Program-made: the position numbers and the translations under genes
Shown: piece by piece, positions 36,701-45,634 of the stretch
Numbering within the stretch: position 1 is the stretch's first letter
Layout of the letters: every line of letters begins with the position of its first letter
NCBI GenBank assembly: GCA_964568395.1
Contig: CAZMPN010000003.1
Span: 34,482 to 98,481 of the forward strand
Source: an uncultured Helicobacter sp.
GTDB taxonomy: Bacteria; Campylobacterota; Campylobacteria; Campylobacterales; UBA6016
Direction: 5' to 3'
DNA length: 64,000 nucleotides
The notes under the pieces: generated by a model
Told to the model about the DNA's origin: nothing
Seen by the model: only the letters and a program-made list of their open reading frames with translations
The model's database searches: none

Positions 36701-36735
36701 CAAATCAAGCCGTCACGCAATCTAAAACTTATTTT

Positions 36736-36846
36736 TTAGCCATCATCTCTTTTCTTTACAAAAAATCTGAGCGTAGCGAGCGGTATCGCGACGGCGGCTA
36801 TGACAAAAACGAACGCTATCAAAATAGCCTCCAAACCAACATCCAT
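36736..36846 (-). CDS. Unannotated 36-aa single-TM membrane peptide
   Basis: MDVGLEAILIAFVFVIAAVAIPLATLRFFVKKRDDG; SD GAAGGAG 10 nt upstream; follows fixH-like gene on the same strand. Confidence 0.65.
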   Translation of the reverse strand: MDVGLEAILIAFVFVIAAVAIPLATLRFFVKKRDDG

Positions 36847-36888
36847 CGATTAAAATCTCCTTCTAAATAAAATACGCAAAACAAATCG

Positions 36889-37389
36889 CTACCGTCTCGT
36901 CGCCCATCCTTCAAATCTTACATACTTCATAGCGTCGCCGACCTCTACCTTTATTGACGCTATCCATCTGCCCTCTTTGTCCAGATTGAACTTGGAGGAG
37001 CGGTATTCGCCGTTGTCGTACTTGAAATCCTTGATATCTATGTTAAATTTTGACGTGTCCGGCCTCGTGATATAGGCGCTAACATTGGCGTCGCCTACAT
37101 AGCCGCCTTTTTTATCCAATATTTTTAACAGCAGCTCATTCTCCCCTGCCGCAAACTTCTTGTCGTTGTCGACCAAAACCACAAATCTGCTATCGAACAA
37201 CTCTTCTTTGTTGATAATCTGGTCATATTTCTTTTCCAGATCTTGATAGCCCATATGATAGTCGTCGGCCATCTCTATCGGCGTCGCGATGGATATCGCC
37301 AATACGCTAAACAGACCTACCAAAAAAAGCGCGGACATAACGCTGAGCAAAACGATAATCGGCCTAGCGCCTGATTTTGAATTAGCCAT
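36889..37389 (-). CDS. FixH family protein
   Basis: N-terminal TM helix; P.EM.DDYH..YQDL...YD; TRPD..KF; GRW..I.V. Confidence 0.7.
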   Translation of the reverse strand: MANSKSGARPIIVLLSVMSALFLVGLFSVLAISIATPIEMADDYHMGYQDLEKKYDQIINKEELFDSRFVVLVDNDKKFAAGENELLLKILDKKGGYVGDANVSAYITRPDTSKFNIDIKDFKYDNGEYRSSKFNLDKEGRWIASIKVEVGDAMKYVRFEGWATRR

Positions 37390-37431
37390 AAATCCCCTTT
37401 CGAGATTAAAGTGGCCGATATTTTGCTATAG

Positions 37432-38805
37432 CTATTTCAATTTTGTTTCAATATCCTTATCCGTTTCAGCGACATTAAACATTATAGAAAAGACGGTTCC
37501 CTCGCCTTCTTGGCTATCTATGGCGTATTTTAGCCCACATACTTTAAGCAGCATGATAGCGAGCCTCAGACCTATTCCGTTTCTGGTTTTGCCCTCTTTC
37601 AGATACCCGACCATCGGCAGCCTATTCTCGGCACGCCTCAATATATTCCTATCTATGCCTCCGGCTTCGTCGGCTATGGTCAATACGGCTTTCCCGTTGT
37701 CTCTTTTTAGCGATATGCGGATATTTTTTTTGGTCAGAGTAAACTTTACGGCGTTTTCGCATAGATTCGCTATAGCCCTATGCAAAAGCACTCTGTCCGA
37801 TTCTATAAAAATATCCGGCTCTATATCGAGCGATAGACCCTTGTCGTCACTCATTGCGACATCCATCAGAAAATATGAAATCTCGTCGACCATCTCGGAG
37901 AGATTAAACCGTTTCACATCCGCCAATACCGAGTTTTCTTCTAGACGCGTAAGCAGCAGAAGCCTTGATATGAATTTATCCAGCCTTGATATCTGGCCGA
38001 CGTCGCGTGAAAATTTGCGCTTTAGAGGCATAGGCACGCCATCATCCATAAGGGCCTGCTCTATATGCGTCCTGATAATGGAAAGCGGGGTTTTAAGCTC
38101 ATGCGACATTAGAGACAGGAAGCTTCTTTGGTTGGCAAAAGATTCATCCAGCTTCTCCAGCAGTCCGTTGATATTTTCGGCAAGCAATCCTATCTCGTCG
38201 TTCGAGTACTTTTTCAGCCTTACGTCAAGCCTCAGCTCGTTTATTTCAGACAAAACATCGGATATTTCGCCGAGCGGTTTTAAGATGAGCCTTAACAAAA
38301 AATAAGCGAAAACGGATATCAGAATAAGGGCGGCGATAAAGACGGCGATTGTTTTTTGATAGCTGTAAGCGATATCCTCGTCCATCGGATAGCCCATAAC
38401 GATGCTTGCGCCGTCGCCGTTTTCAAGTTTTTTTATTCTCAATATGACGTCTTTGTTGCCGGTAAAATTTACGAATTCCGTATAAACCGTCAACGTATGG
38501 CCGTTCGCAAGCTTGCTTATGGGTATCGGCAACGTTTTTGCCAGCCCGCTCTCAAATACGGTATTGCCGCTTTTGTCTACTATCAAAAGCCAGTATCTTT
38601 GCATCAGGTTTTTTTCGACACCGGAGGCCGCCCCGCCCCCTTTTTTTAAAACATCCTCCAAGATGGCGATATCCCTGGACATCTGGCCGTCGGCTATTCT
38701 GTTTATACTGTTTAGGCTTGTACGATACATCGTGGCCGCAAAGAAAGAGGCTATCAAAAGCGTCGACAACAGATAGAAAATAGCCAGCTTCGTCCTTATC
38801 TTCAC
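37432..38805 (-). CDS. Membrane sensor histidine kinase (TM-HAMP-HisKA-HATPase)
   Basis: Two TM segments; NDEIG HAMP; SHELKTPL; N box ENAVKF; GIGL. Confidence 0.9.
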   Translation of the reverse strand: MKIRTKLAIFYLLSTLLIASFFAATMYRTSLNSINRIADGQMSRDIAILEDVLKKGGGAASGVEKNLMQRYWLLIVDKSGNTVFESGLAKTLPIPISKLANGHTLTVYTEFVNFTGNKDVILRIKKLENGDGASIVMGYPMDEDIAYSYQKTIAVFIAALILISVFAYFLLRLILKPLGEISDVLSEINELRLDVRLKKYSNDEIGLLAENINGLLEKLDESFANQRSFLSLMSHELKTPLSIIRTHIEQALMDDGVPMPLKRKFSRDVGQISRLDKFISRLLLLTRLEENSVLADVKRFNLSEMVDEISYFLMDVAMSDDKGLSLDIEPDIFIESDRVLLHRAIANLCENAVKFTLTKKNIRISLKRDNGKAVLTIADEAGGIDRNILRRAENRLPMVGYLKEGKTRNGIGLRLAIMLLKVCGLKYAIDSQEGEGTVFSIMFNVAETDKDIETKLK

Positions 38806-39476
38806 TTGCCGAGCCTAAAGCCGATACCGCGTACGGTCTCTATTATATCGGGAGACGAAAGCTTCACCCTGATGTTTCTTATATGCATATTGATTATATG
38901 GGAGGATTTTTCGACGTAGTCGTCATATATATGCTCGGCTATCTGAAGCGGGGTCAGGATTATGCTTCTGTTATAGAAGAAGAGTTCCAAAATCGAAAAT
39001 TCTTTCGGCGTCAATTGGATATTCTCTCCGCCCTTTTTGACCGTGTGGGCGGCTACGTCTATCTCTACGTCGGATACTACCAGTTTGGTATCTTTCTGTG
39101 AGGAGACGCGTCTTAGCAGCGCCCTGACCCTCGCCAAAAACTCTATAACCGAAAACGGCTTTGTAATATAATCGTCCGCGCCGCCGTCAAGAGCCTCTAT
39201 CTTATCGCCTATTTCGGAGTTCGAACTTAAAATAAGCACCTGGGTTTTCAGCTTCATAACGGAGCGCATATGTCCAAGCAGCTCCAGTCCGCTCATATCC
39301 GGCAAATTAATATCCAGCACGACAAGGTCGAAAATCTTTGCTTCCAGCAGTTCTATGGCTTTTGCGGCGCAATTTGCAATTTTTACGCCGTAAAGCTCTT
39401 CGTTTAGTATGCCTACAAGATTTTTGCCAAGCTCCTTGTCGTCTTCGACTACTAAAATATTCAAATATAAAACCAA
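38802..39476 (-). CDS. OmpR-family response regulator
   Basis: VVEDD, LDINLP, ADDYITKPF, LTPKEF, ETVRGIGF. Confidence 0.92.
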   Translation of the reverse strand: MVLYLNILVVEDDKELGKNLVGILNEELYGVKIANCAAKAIELLEAKIFDLVVLDINLPDMSGLELLGHMRSVMKLKTQVLILSSNSEIGDKIEALDGGADDYITKPFSVIEFLARVRALLRRVSSQKDTKLVVSDVEIDVAAHTVKKGGENIQLTPKEFSILELFFYNRSIILTPLQIAEHIYDDYVEKSSHIINMHIRNIRVKLSSPDIIETVRGIGFRLGK

Positions 39477-39534
39477 TCTTCTGTTTTTCTAAAATCATAG
39501 CACATATCGTTGCGATAGCGTATCAAATGGGTAT

Positions 39535-39556
39535 AAATTGAATAAAAATTGAAAAA
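39535..39556. promoter_or_regulatory. 11-bp-period direct repeat (AAATTGAA x2), candidate OmpR-type site
   Basis: AAATTGAATAA-AAATTGAAAAA between the divergent response regulator and porin genes. Confidence 0.35.
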
Positions 39557-39699
39557 TAGAGGATATATTGTTATCGTCGGCGTTTTTAGTAAGCCGTAAA
39601 TGTTTTGAAATATTTAAAAGCTATAGTCGCGCTTTCAAAAAAATATTTCGCCGCCACGTACTATTCGACAAAAATAAACAATCAAAAAAGCAAAATACC

Positions 39700-41019
39700 A
39701 TGAAGAACATATGCAAGTTGATAATCGGCATGAGCGCAGCCGGTTTGTTTGCCGGGGATACGACGATAAAAAACCCGGAGCAAGAAAGCTGGAACGCAAA
39801 ACTGCAAAGCACGTATATATGGATGAAAAAACCTTCCATAAACAGCCCGTACGCCGGAGATAATTCGCTCAAGGCCGACTCCGAGGGGAGTTGGAGCTGG
39901 AGCGTTACGCCGTCTATAGGTGCGCGCTTATGGAACGGAGGCGAATTCTACTTCAATCTGGAATCTGGAAGAAACCAATCGCTATCCGAACTGCACGGAT
40001 TGGGAGGCCCGGCGAATGGCGACGACCAAAAGGACGGAGGCAAAAAACAGCAATATTTCACCTCTAGGCTGTTCATAAGGCAAGTAATAGGTCTTGGAGG
40101 GGAAAAAGAAAGTATAGCGTCCGATGCGAACCAATTGGCAAGCTCGTACGACAAAAACCGGATAGTACTGACGCTCGGCAAAATCAGCGTAACGGATATA
40201 TTCGACAACAACGCCTTTTCCCACGACGCGAGAACGCAGTTTTTGAACTGGGCGTTTACGACTTACGGCGCATTTGATTATGCGGCAGATTCTAGAGGCT
40301 ATACCGTCGGTATCGCGTCGGAACTATACTATGGCGACTGGGTGTTTCGCATAGGCAGGTTCATGATGCCGACGGATTCGAACGGCAGGTATCTCGATAC
40401 CGCCATCGGGAAGCATTTTGGCGATCAGGTCGAAATAGAACACTCCCACAAAATAAACAATCTTGACGGAAAACTCAGGGCGCTTGTTTTTAGAAATAAA
40501 TCAAAAATGGGAAGTTTCTCGGACGCCGTCAACTACGCCGCACAAAACGGATCGACCCCGGATGTCGCAAACGTCAGGCAAGAATCGTACAAAACAGGAT
40601 ATGGCGTAAGCTTGGAGCAATATTTGACGAAGGATATAGGCGCATTTGCCAGATATAGCCGTGCGGACGGCAAGACCGAAACGTTCGCGTTTACCGAAAT
40701 AGAGCGTTCCGTCTCCTGTGGTCTTTCCATAAACGGCTCATCGTGGGGCAGAGATAAAGATACTCTTGGCATAGCCGTCTCTATAAACGGCCTATCTGAC
40801 GGACATAAGGACTATCTGTCCAAAGGCGGACTTGGCGCGTTCATAGGGGACGGCAAGATCAACTATAGATCCGAGGAGATACTGGAAGGATATTACAGTG
40901 CGAATATAGCGAAAAACTTTTACGCGTCGTTTGACTATCAGCGGATAAACAATCCGGCCTATAATGCGGACAGGGGGCCGGCTGATATCTATAGCGTAAG
41001 GCTTCATTTGGAGTTTTGA
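39700..41019 (+). CDS. OprB-family carbohydrate porin, MnoP-like
   Basis: Start likely the ATG at 39700 (MKNICKLIIGMSAAGLFA, signal peptide); GARLWNGGEFYFNLE, DIFDNN..SHD.RTQFLNW, DY.AD.RGYT; C-terminal Phe. Confidence 0.78.
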   Translation: MKNICKLIIGMSAAGLFAGDTTIKNPEQESWNAKLQSTYIWMKKPSINSPYAGDNSLKADSEGSWSWSVTPSIGARLWNGGEFYFNLESGRNQSLSELHGLGGPANGDDQKDGGKKQQYFTSRLFIRQVIGLGGEKESIASDANQLASSYDKNRIVLTLGKISVTDIFDNNAFSHDARTQFLNWAFTTYGAFDYAADSRGYTVGIASELYYGDWVFRIGRFMMPTDSNGRYLDTAIGKHFGDQVEIEHSHKINNLDGKLRALVFRNKSKMGSFSDAVNYAAQNGSTPDVANVRQESYKTGYGVSLEQYLTKDIGAFARYSRADGKTETFAFTEIERSVSCGLSINGSSWGRDKDTLGIAVSINGLSDGHKDYLSKGGLGAFIGDGKINYRSEEILEGYYSANIAKNFYASFDYQRINNPAYNADRGPADIYSVRLHLEF

Positions 41020-41906
41020 GGATATAGCTTGCAGCTATTGCAATCTTTTCCGCACGGCTCGTGGTGGATAAGCGTATATGCCTGCTCGAATATGGCCTCG
41101 ATATCCGCCTCTATCTTGTCGGCCAATTCGTGCGCTTTTTCTATCGTATCGTATTTGCATACTGTCATATGAAAATCTATATGCCTCTCGGAGCCGGCCT
41201 TCCTTGTTCTAAGATCGTGAAAGTCCAGAAAATGCTGTCTATATCTTTCGATGCTGTCTATTATCTTACCCTCCTCCTCTTCCGGAAGGCTGGCGTCCAA
41301 AAGCGGGGCAAACGACCCCCTCAATAGCTCCCATGCGGCATGGACTATCAGAGCCGCGACCATGATAGCCGCGACCGGGTCAAGCCACTGCCAGCCGGTC
41401 AGATATATGCCAAAAAGCCCGGCCATGACGCCTAGCGAGGTAAGCACGTCCGTTCTTAGATGCATGGCGTCGGCTCTAAGGGCTATGGAGTCGGTCTCTA
41501 TCCCGACCCTCATGAGATGTCTCGATATGAAGAAGTTGACGACAGAGGATACGGCCATGATAGCCACACCCCACCCTACCGCCTCGACCGGATGCGGATG
41601 CAAAAGCTTTTGTATAGCCTCCAGAACTATCCAAAAGGCCGCTATCAATATAAGAACGGCCTCAAGCGTACCGGATAGATTTTCTATCTTTCCGTGCCCA
41701 TATCTATGCTTTGCGTCCGCCGGATGAGAGGCCTGTCTTACGGCGAAAAAAGCTATGATAGCTGCAAGCAGGTCCAACGAGGAGTGTATCCCCTCCGAGA
41801 TTACGCCGACGGAACCTATGGCGACGCCTATACTTAGCTTGCCTATGACCAGCGCCGTATTCGAGATAACCGATAGCTTCGCCGCCTGTTCTTTTGGATT
41901 TACCAT
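41004..41906 (-). CDS. Cation diffusion facilitator (FieF-like)
   Basis: HSSLD and HLRTD transport-site motifs; HRYGHGKIE; HDLRTRKAG; HHEP; Cys-rich tail. Confidence 0.9.
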   Translation of the reverse strand: MVNPKEQAAKLSVISNTALVIGKLSIGVAIGSVGVISEGIHSSLDLLAAIIAFFAVRQASHPADAKHRYGHGKIENLSGTLEAVLILIAAFWIVLEAIQKLLHPHPVEAVGWGVAIMAVSSVVNFFISRHLMRVGIETDSIALRADAMHLRTDVLTSLGVMAGLFGIYLTGWQWLDPVAAIMVAALIVHAAWELLRGSFAPLLDASLPEEEEGKIIDSIERYRQHFLDFHDLRTRKAGSERHIDFHMTVCKYDTIEKAHELADKIEADIEAIFEQAYTLIHHEPCGKDCNSCKLYPQNSK

Positions 41907-41916
41907 ACGCTACCCC

Positions 41917-42885
41917 TTAAAACCAATTTTTCTTTTTGAAATACACAAACGGGATAACCGCCGAGAGCGCCATGACGGCCAGCGAGTAAAAATATCCGTA
42001 CTCCCATTGCAGTTCCGGTATTATCTTGAAATTCATCCCGTAAACGCTCGCTATCAACGTCGGCGGCATCAATACTACGTTTACGACCGTAAAAAGCTTT
42101 ATGATCTTGTTCTGGTCTATGTTGATTTGGCCTATAAACAGGTTTTGAATATTGTCAAGGGCGTTTAGATTGATGGTCGTAAACTCTATTAGCGACGCTA
42201 TATCCTTTATCATGATGGTCAGGTCGTCCCTGTGCTTCTTGGATATTTTGCCGGACTTCAAAAGCCCTATCGTTATCCTTCTTTTATCCGATATCGTCTC
42301 TCTTATCTTCAGATTGAACTCTTGTATCGTAGATATCCTCTCCAATATCTCATCGTCGCTCATTTTCGAGTTTGGCGAAAATATATCCTTTCTGAGTTTG
42401 TTTATCTCCTTTGCCGCATACTCTATAAGCGCGGCGTCCGCCTCGATTCTGTTGTCGAAAATATGCATAAAAATATCATATCCGCTACCCATATCGGAAT
42501 TTGCGCGAAGAAGCCGCCTTTGCGTCTCGTTAAAGCTTTTTAGCTCCTTATATCTCATAGTGAAAAGTATCTCGTTTTTGATAATGAACGCAACCGATTC
42601 GTTGCAGTGATCTTTTGCCTTGTCCGCAAAGAAAAAAGATACGAAAAATAGCGCGTTTATGGATATGGAGTCGCTATCCTCCCAGTATCTGGAGCTGCTC
42701 TCTATGCTTTCCCTCTCTTGCCTGGTCGGGAATTCGACCTCAAACCCATCGCTGATTTTCGATATTTCCGCGGCGGAAGGATTCAATAAGTCGATCCACA
42801 GGATAGACGCCGCATCAAGCGTTTCGATATCGTCGTTTTCGGTATATTTTATTACTTGGTTATTTTTTGTGTATATATTTATCAT
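41917..42885 (-). CDS. corA: CorA magnesium/cobalt transporter
   Basis: WIDLLNPS, QNKIIKLFT, PPTLIASVYGMNF, PEL.W.YGY. Confidence 0.93.
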   Translation of the reverse strand: MINIYTKNNQVIKYTENDDIETLDAASILWIDLLNPSAAEISKISDGFEVEFPTRQERESIESSSRYWEDSDSISINALFFVSFFFADKAKDHCNESVAFIIKNEILFTMRYKELKSFNETQRRLLRANSDMGSGYDIFMHIFDNRIEADAALIEYAAKEINKLRKDIFSPNSKMSDDEILERISTIQEFNLKIRETISDKRRITIGLLKSGKISKKHRDDLTIMIKDIASLIEFTTINLNALDNIQNLFIGQINIDQNKIIKLFTVVNVVLMPPTLIASVYGMNFKIIPELQWEYGYFYSLAVMALSAVIPFVYFKKKNWF

Positions 42886-42980
42886 GCTGCGCTTCCCCTC
42901 TATTGTATTCGGGCGGCCGGCTTTAAGAATGGATATAAAAAAGACGCATCGCTGGAAACTTTCGCGGCAATTACTTTATT

Positions 42981-43046
42981 TTACCGACCGTCCATATGCG
43001 AAAGAAGTACAGGAGATGCGCCGTGTCGCTTAGGGTCGTCGTCCAT
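42981..43046 (-). CDS. Putative 21-aa leader peptide of the corA-CDF operon
   Basis: MDDDPKRHGASPVLLSHMDGR; SD AAAGGAG with 6-nt spacing; 95 nt from its stop to the corA ATG. Confidence 0.6.
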   Translation of the reverse strand: MDDDPKRHGASPVLLSHMDGR

Positions 43047-43078
43047 TGCGCTCTCCTTTGTAGAAATTATTTCGGCGA

Positions 43079-43084
43079 ATTATA
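43079..43084 (-). promoter_or_regulatory. -10 box (TATAAT) upstream of the corA leader ORF
   Basis: ATTATA on the + strand, 32 nt upstream of the leader ATG. Confidence 0.55.
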
Positions 43085-43136
43085 CATGACTTATTTCAAT
43101 TTTATTTCAACAAGCCAAACGGGAAGCGTATTCTCC

Positions 43137-44354
43137 TTATTTCCTAGACGGTATTGGATAGTTTTCTATCACGTAGTCTATATCCTTGTCGCCTCTGCCG
43201 CTTAGATTTACGAGAATAGACCTGTCCGGATTCTCTTTTGCGTATTTCATAGCATACGCTACGGCGTGCGCGGACTCCAGCGCCGGAATAATGCCTTCGT
43301 GTTGCGATAGCTTATAGAAGGCGTCTATGGCCTCCGTGTCGCTGCATAAGCCCACTTTGGTTCTGCCTATGCTGTTTAGATACGCATGCTCCGGACCTAC
43401 GGACGGATAATCTATACCGCTTCCCACCGAATGCACAGGGGCCGGCTCCCCTTTTTCGTCTTTTAGCATGATGGAGTTGAATCCGTGCATTACGCCTTCG
43501 CTGCCATATGTCAGGCTAGCCGCATGTTCGCCCAGCTTCTCGCCTTTGCCGGCAGGCTCAACCGCCACAAGCTCTACCGCGTCTTCGATAAATGCGCTGA
43601 ATATCCCCATCGCGTTGCTGCCTCCTCCTACGCAAGCGGTCACGGCGTCAGGCAGTTTGCCGGTCATCTCGTAAAACTGTTCCTTCGCCTCAAAGCCTAC
43701 CACGCTTTGAAAATCCCTTACCATTCTAGGAAACGGATGGGGACCTACTACCGAACCTATGGCGAAAAGCTGGTTTTTCGTATCTTTCAGGTAAGCCTCG
43801 AATGCGCTGTCGACAGCCTCTTTGAGCGTCTTTAGTCCGTGCGTAGCCGGAACTACTTTGGCGCCCAGTATCTTCATCCTGACGACGTTCGGGTGCTCTT
43901 TTTTGATATCCACCTCGCCCATATGTATCTCGCACTCCAACCCAAAATATGCGGCCGCCGTAGCCAGCGCTACTCCGTGCTGCCCGGCTCCCGTCTCGGC
44001 TATCAGCTTCGTTTTGCCAAGATGCTTCGCCAGCAAAGCCTCGGCCATACAGTGATTTAGTTTGTGCGCGCCGGTATGGTTGAGGTCTTCCCTTTTTAGA
44101 TATATCTGTCCGCCGCCTATATACTTGCTCAGATTTTTACAGTAAAAAACCGGGGTCGGTCGGCCCTGATAGTGTTTTCTGATTGTTTTTAGCTCGTTCA
44201 AAAACTCATGCGATTTTGAAAGCCTCATATACGCCTCGGTTATCTACCTGAAAGGCTCTTCCAGCTGCGGCGGTATGAACGCTCCGCCGAATTGTCCGAA
44301 AAATCCGTCTCTATCGGGCATTGACTCAAGGTATGGTTTTTTACTCTCCAGCAT
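43137..44354 (-). pseudogene. trpB: Tryptophan synthase beta chain with an in-frame TAG at codon 37 (pseudogene, sequencing error or re-initiated form)
   Basis: ATG at 44354 gives [44 protein letters not shown], then [52 protein letters not shown] is at 44244-44246. Confidence 0.8.
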
Positions 44355-44428
44355 ATCTCTCTCTTTGGTGGTTTAGATTTGGAAAAATTTACCAAAAACT
44401 GCTTTAACAACGACAGATGAAGCCTTTG

Positions 44429-45634
44429 TCAAAATCGCAGACACACCTCGTAGATATCGTCTTTCTCAATAAGCTCATACTCCAATCCAAGCTCCAGCGA
44501 TACCCTTTTTAGTATCCTCTCCCCTATTTTCGAGCTGAACATATACTTTTCGCCGCCCTTTTCGTTTTTTATGCAGAGTTTGCGCTCTTTTGCGTCCAAT
44601 TCTATCCGTATGGAGCTGCCCTCTTTTGCATAAGTCATAGCGTTTTCGAGCAGCGCGCCGAGAAGCTTCTGGAACAATCTTTTTTTTGTATGGATGTGCG
44701 TCTTTTCGCACCTTGCCTCTATCGTTATCTGCCGCCTTCTTGAGAGTATCTCCATCTTCGAGACAACTTCAGACGTCAAATCGCATATCTCGAACTCCAT
44801 GCTCTCTTCGAAATCCGACGTCTCAAAGAACAGCACGCTTCTAAGCTCGCTCGAGAGCCTCCCTATATCGCTTCCTAACTCTTTGGCGAACTTATCCTTC
44901 GGATAACCGTCGTCGTCTTCGTACACATCGAGCCTTGCGCGCATAAGCGCCAAAGGGGTCTTTAGCTCATGGGCGGCCTCCTTGAAGAGCTCCTTTTCCC
45001 TTTTGCGATAGTTCTCAAGCCTCCTTATAAGCGCCGAAAAAGCGTCGGCCACAGCGCATATCTCGCTAGGGCAACCGTCTTTTTGGATATCAAACTGGAC
45101 TCCGTCCCTATACTCCTTACATCTTACGACAAGAGCGGATAGCGGTTTCATAAGCCTGTGGACGAAATAGACGCTCGCCGCCAATACTACCAGCAAAAAC
45201 AGGAGATATTTTGCAAGCAGCTTTTCCGTATATCTCAAAATAGAGTAGTTTACTTTTGAATCCGTACTGACGCAGTTTAGATAGTAGCCGCTTTGAAGCT
45301 TCACGTATTCCGCTATTTCGTTTTCAAGCGGCACATAAGGTGATTTTGTTATAAAAAATCTTATCGAATCGGCTTCGGAGTCGTCTATTATCGATATGTT
45401 GTGCGGGACTTTGTATAGATAGGAGATATCGAGCTTGTCATCCGCGTCCTTTGGCAGATATTCGTCCATACTCTCCCATGTCGCATGCGATAACACTTTT
45501 TGCAGGTCTTTTATCTTTTCGGCTCTCAAAGTATCTATGGCGATATAGAGATTGAGCCCGAACGCGACGGCTATAAGCAGCGTAAAGAGCAGCGCTATTT
45601 TTAGTTTTAAGGAGTTAAAAAAGCTATACCTCAA
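44429..45634 (-). CDS. Sensor histidine kinase with a truncated, degenerate ATPase domain
   Basis: Two TM segments; HAMP; AHELKTPL; N box LLENA; no recognisable DxGxG or GxGL. Confidence 0.8.
   Translation of the reverse strand: MRYSFFNSLKLKIALLFTLLIAVAFGLNLYIAIDTLRAEKIKDLQKVLSHATWESMDEYLPKDADDKLDISYLYKVPHNISIIDDSEADSIRFFITKSPYVPLENEIAEYVKLQSGYYLNCVSTDSKVNYSILRYTEKLLAKYLLFLLVVLAASVYFVHRLMKPLSALVVRCKEYRDGVQFDIQKDGCPSEICAVADAFSALIRRLENYRKREKELFKEAAHELKTPLALMRARLDVYEDDDGYPKDKFAKELGSDIGRLSSELRSVLFFETSDFEESMEFEICDLTSEVVSKMEILSRRRQITIEARCEKTHIHTKKRLFQKLLGALLENAMTYAKEGSSIRIELDAKERKLCIKNEKGGEKYMFSSKIGERILKRVSLELGLEYELIEKDDIYEVCLRF

Noticed and set aside
37289-38305. 338-aa plus-strand ORF, and the many other 60-225 aa ORFs antisense to or nested in called genes (e.g. 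16815-17492, 33924-34538, 54694-55509)
   Set aside because: They are shadows of well-supported genes on the other strand or frame, with no motifs or SD and Ser/Phe-rich antisense composition.
38631-38648. Phase-variable homopolymer tracts (C/T run in the sensor kinase; T8 runs at about 26069 and 58981)
   Set aside because: No poly-G/C run of 8 or more was seen, and the reading frames are intact.
39568-39699. Upstream extension of the porin ORF, or a metal riboswitch in its leader
   Set aside because: The signal peptide starts at 39700. I could not recognise yybP-ykoY, NiCo or M-box consensus elements by eye; an Infernal/Rfam scan would settle it.
41004-41019. 16-nt convergent overlap of the porin and CDF 3' ends as antisense regulation
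   Set aside because: Short tail-to-tail overlaps are common in compact genomes; nothing else supports a regulatory role.
44244-44246. Genome-wide TAG recoding (pyrrolysine or an alternative genetic code) as the explanation for the trpB stop
   Set aside because: TAG ends complete genes in this window (sodB at 19111; the TonB receptor right after its terminal Phe at 21268; the porin ends likewise at a canonical stop). I found no second gene with an internal TAG and no pyl genes.
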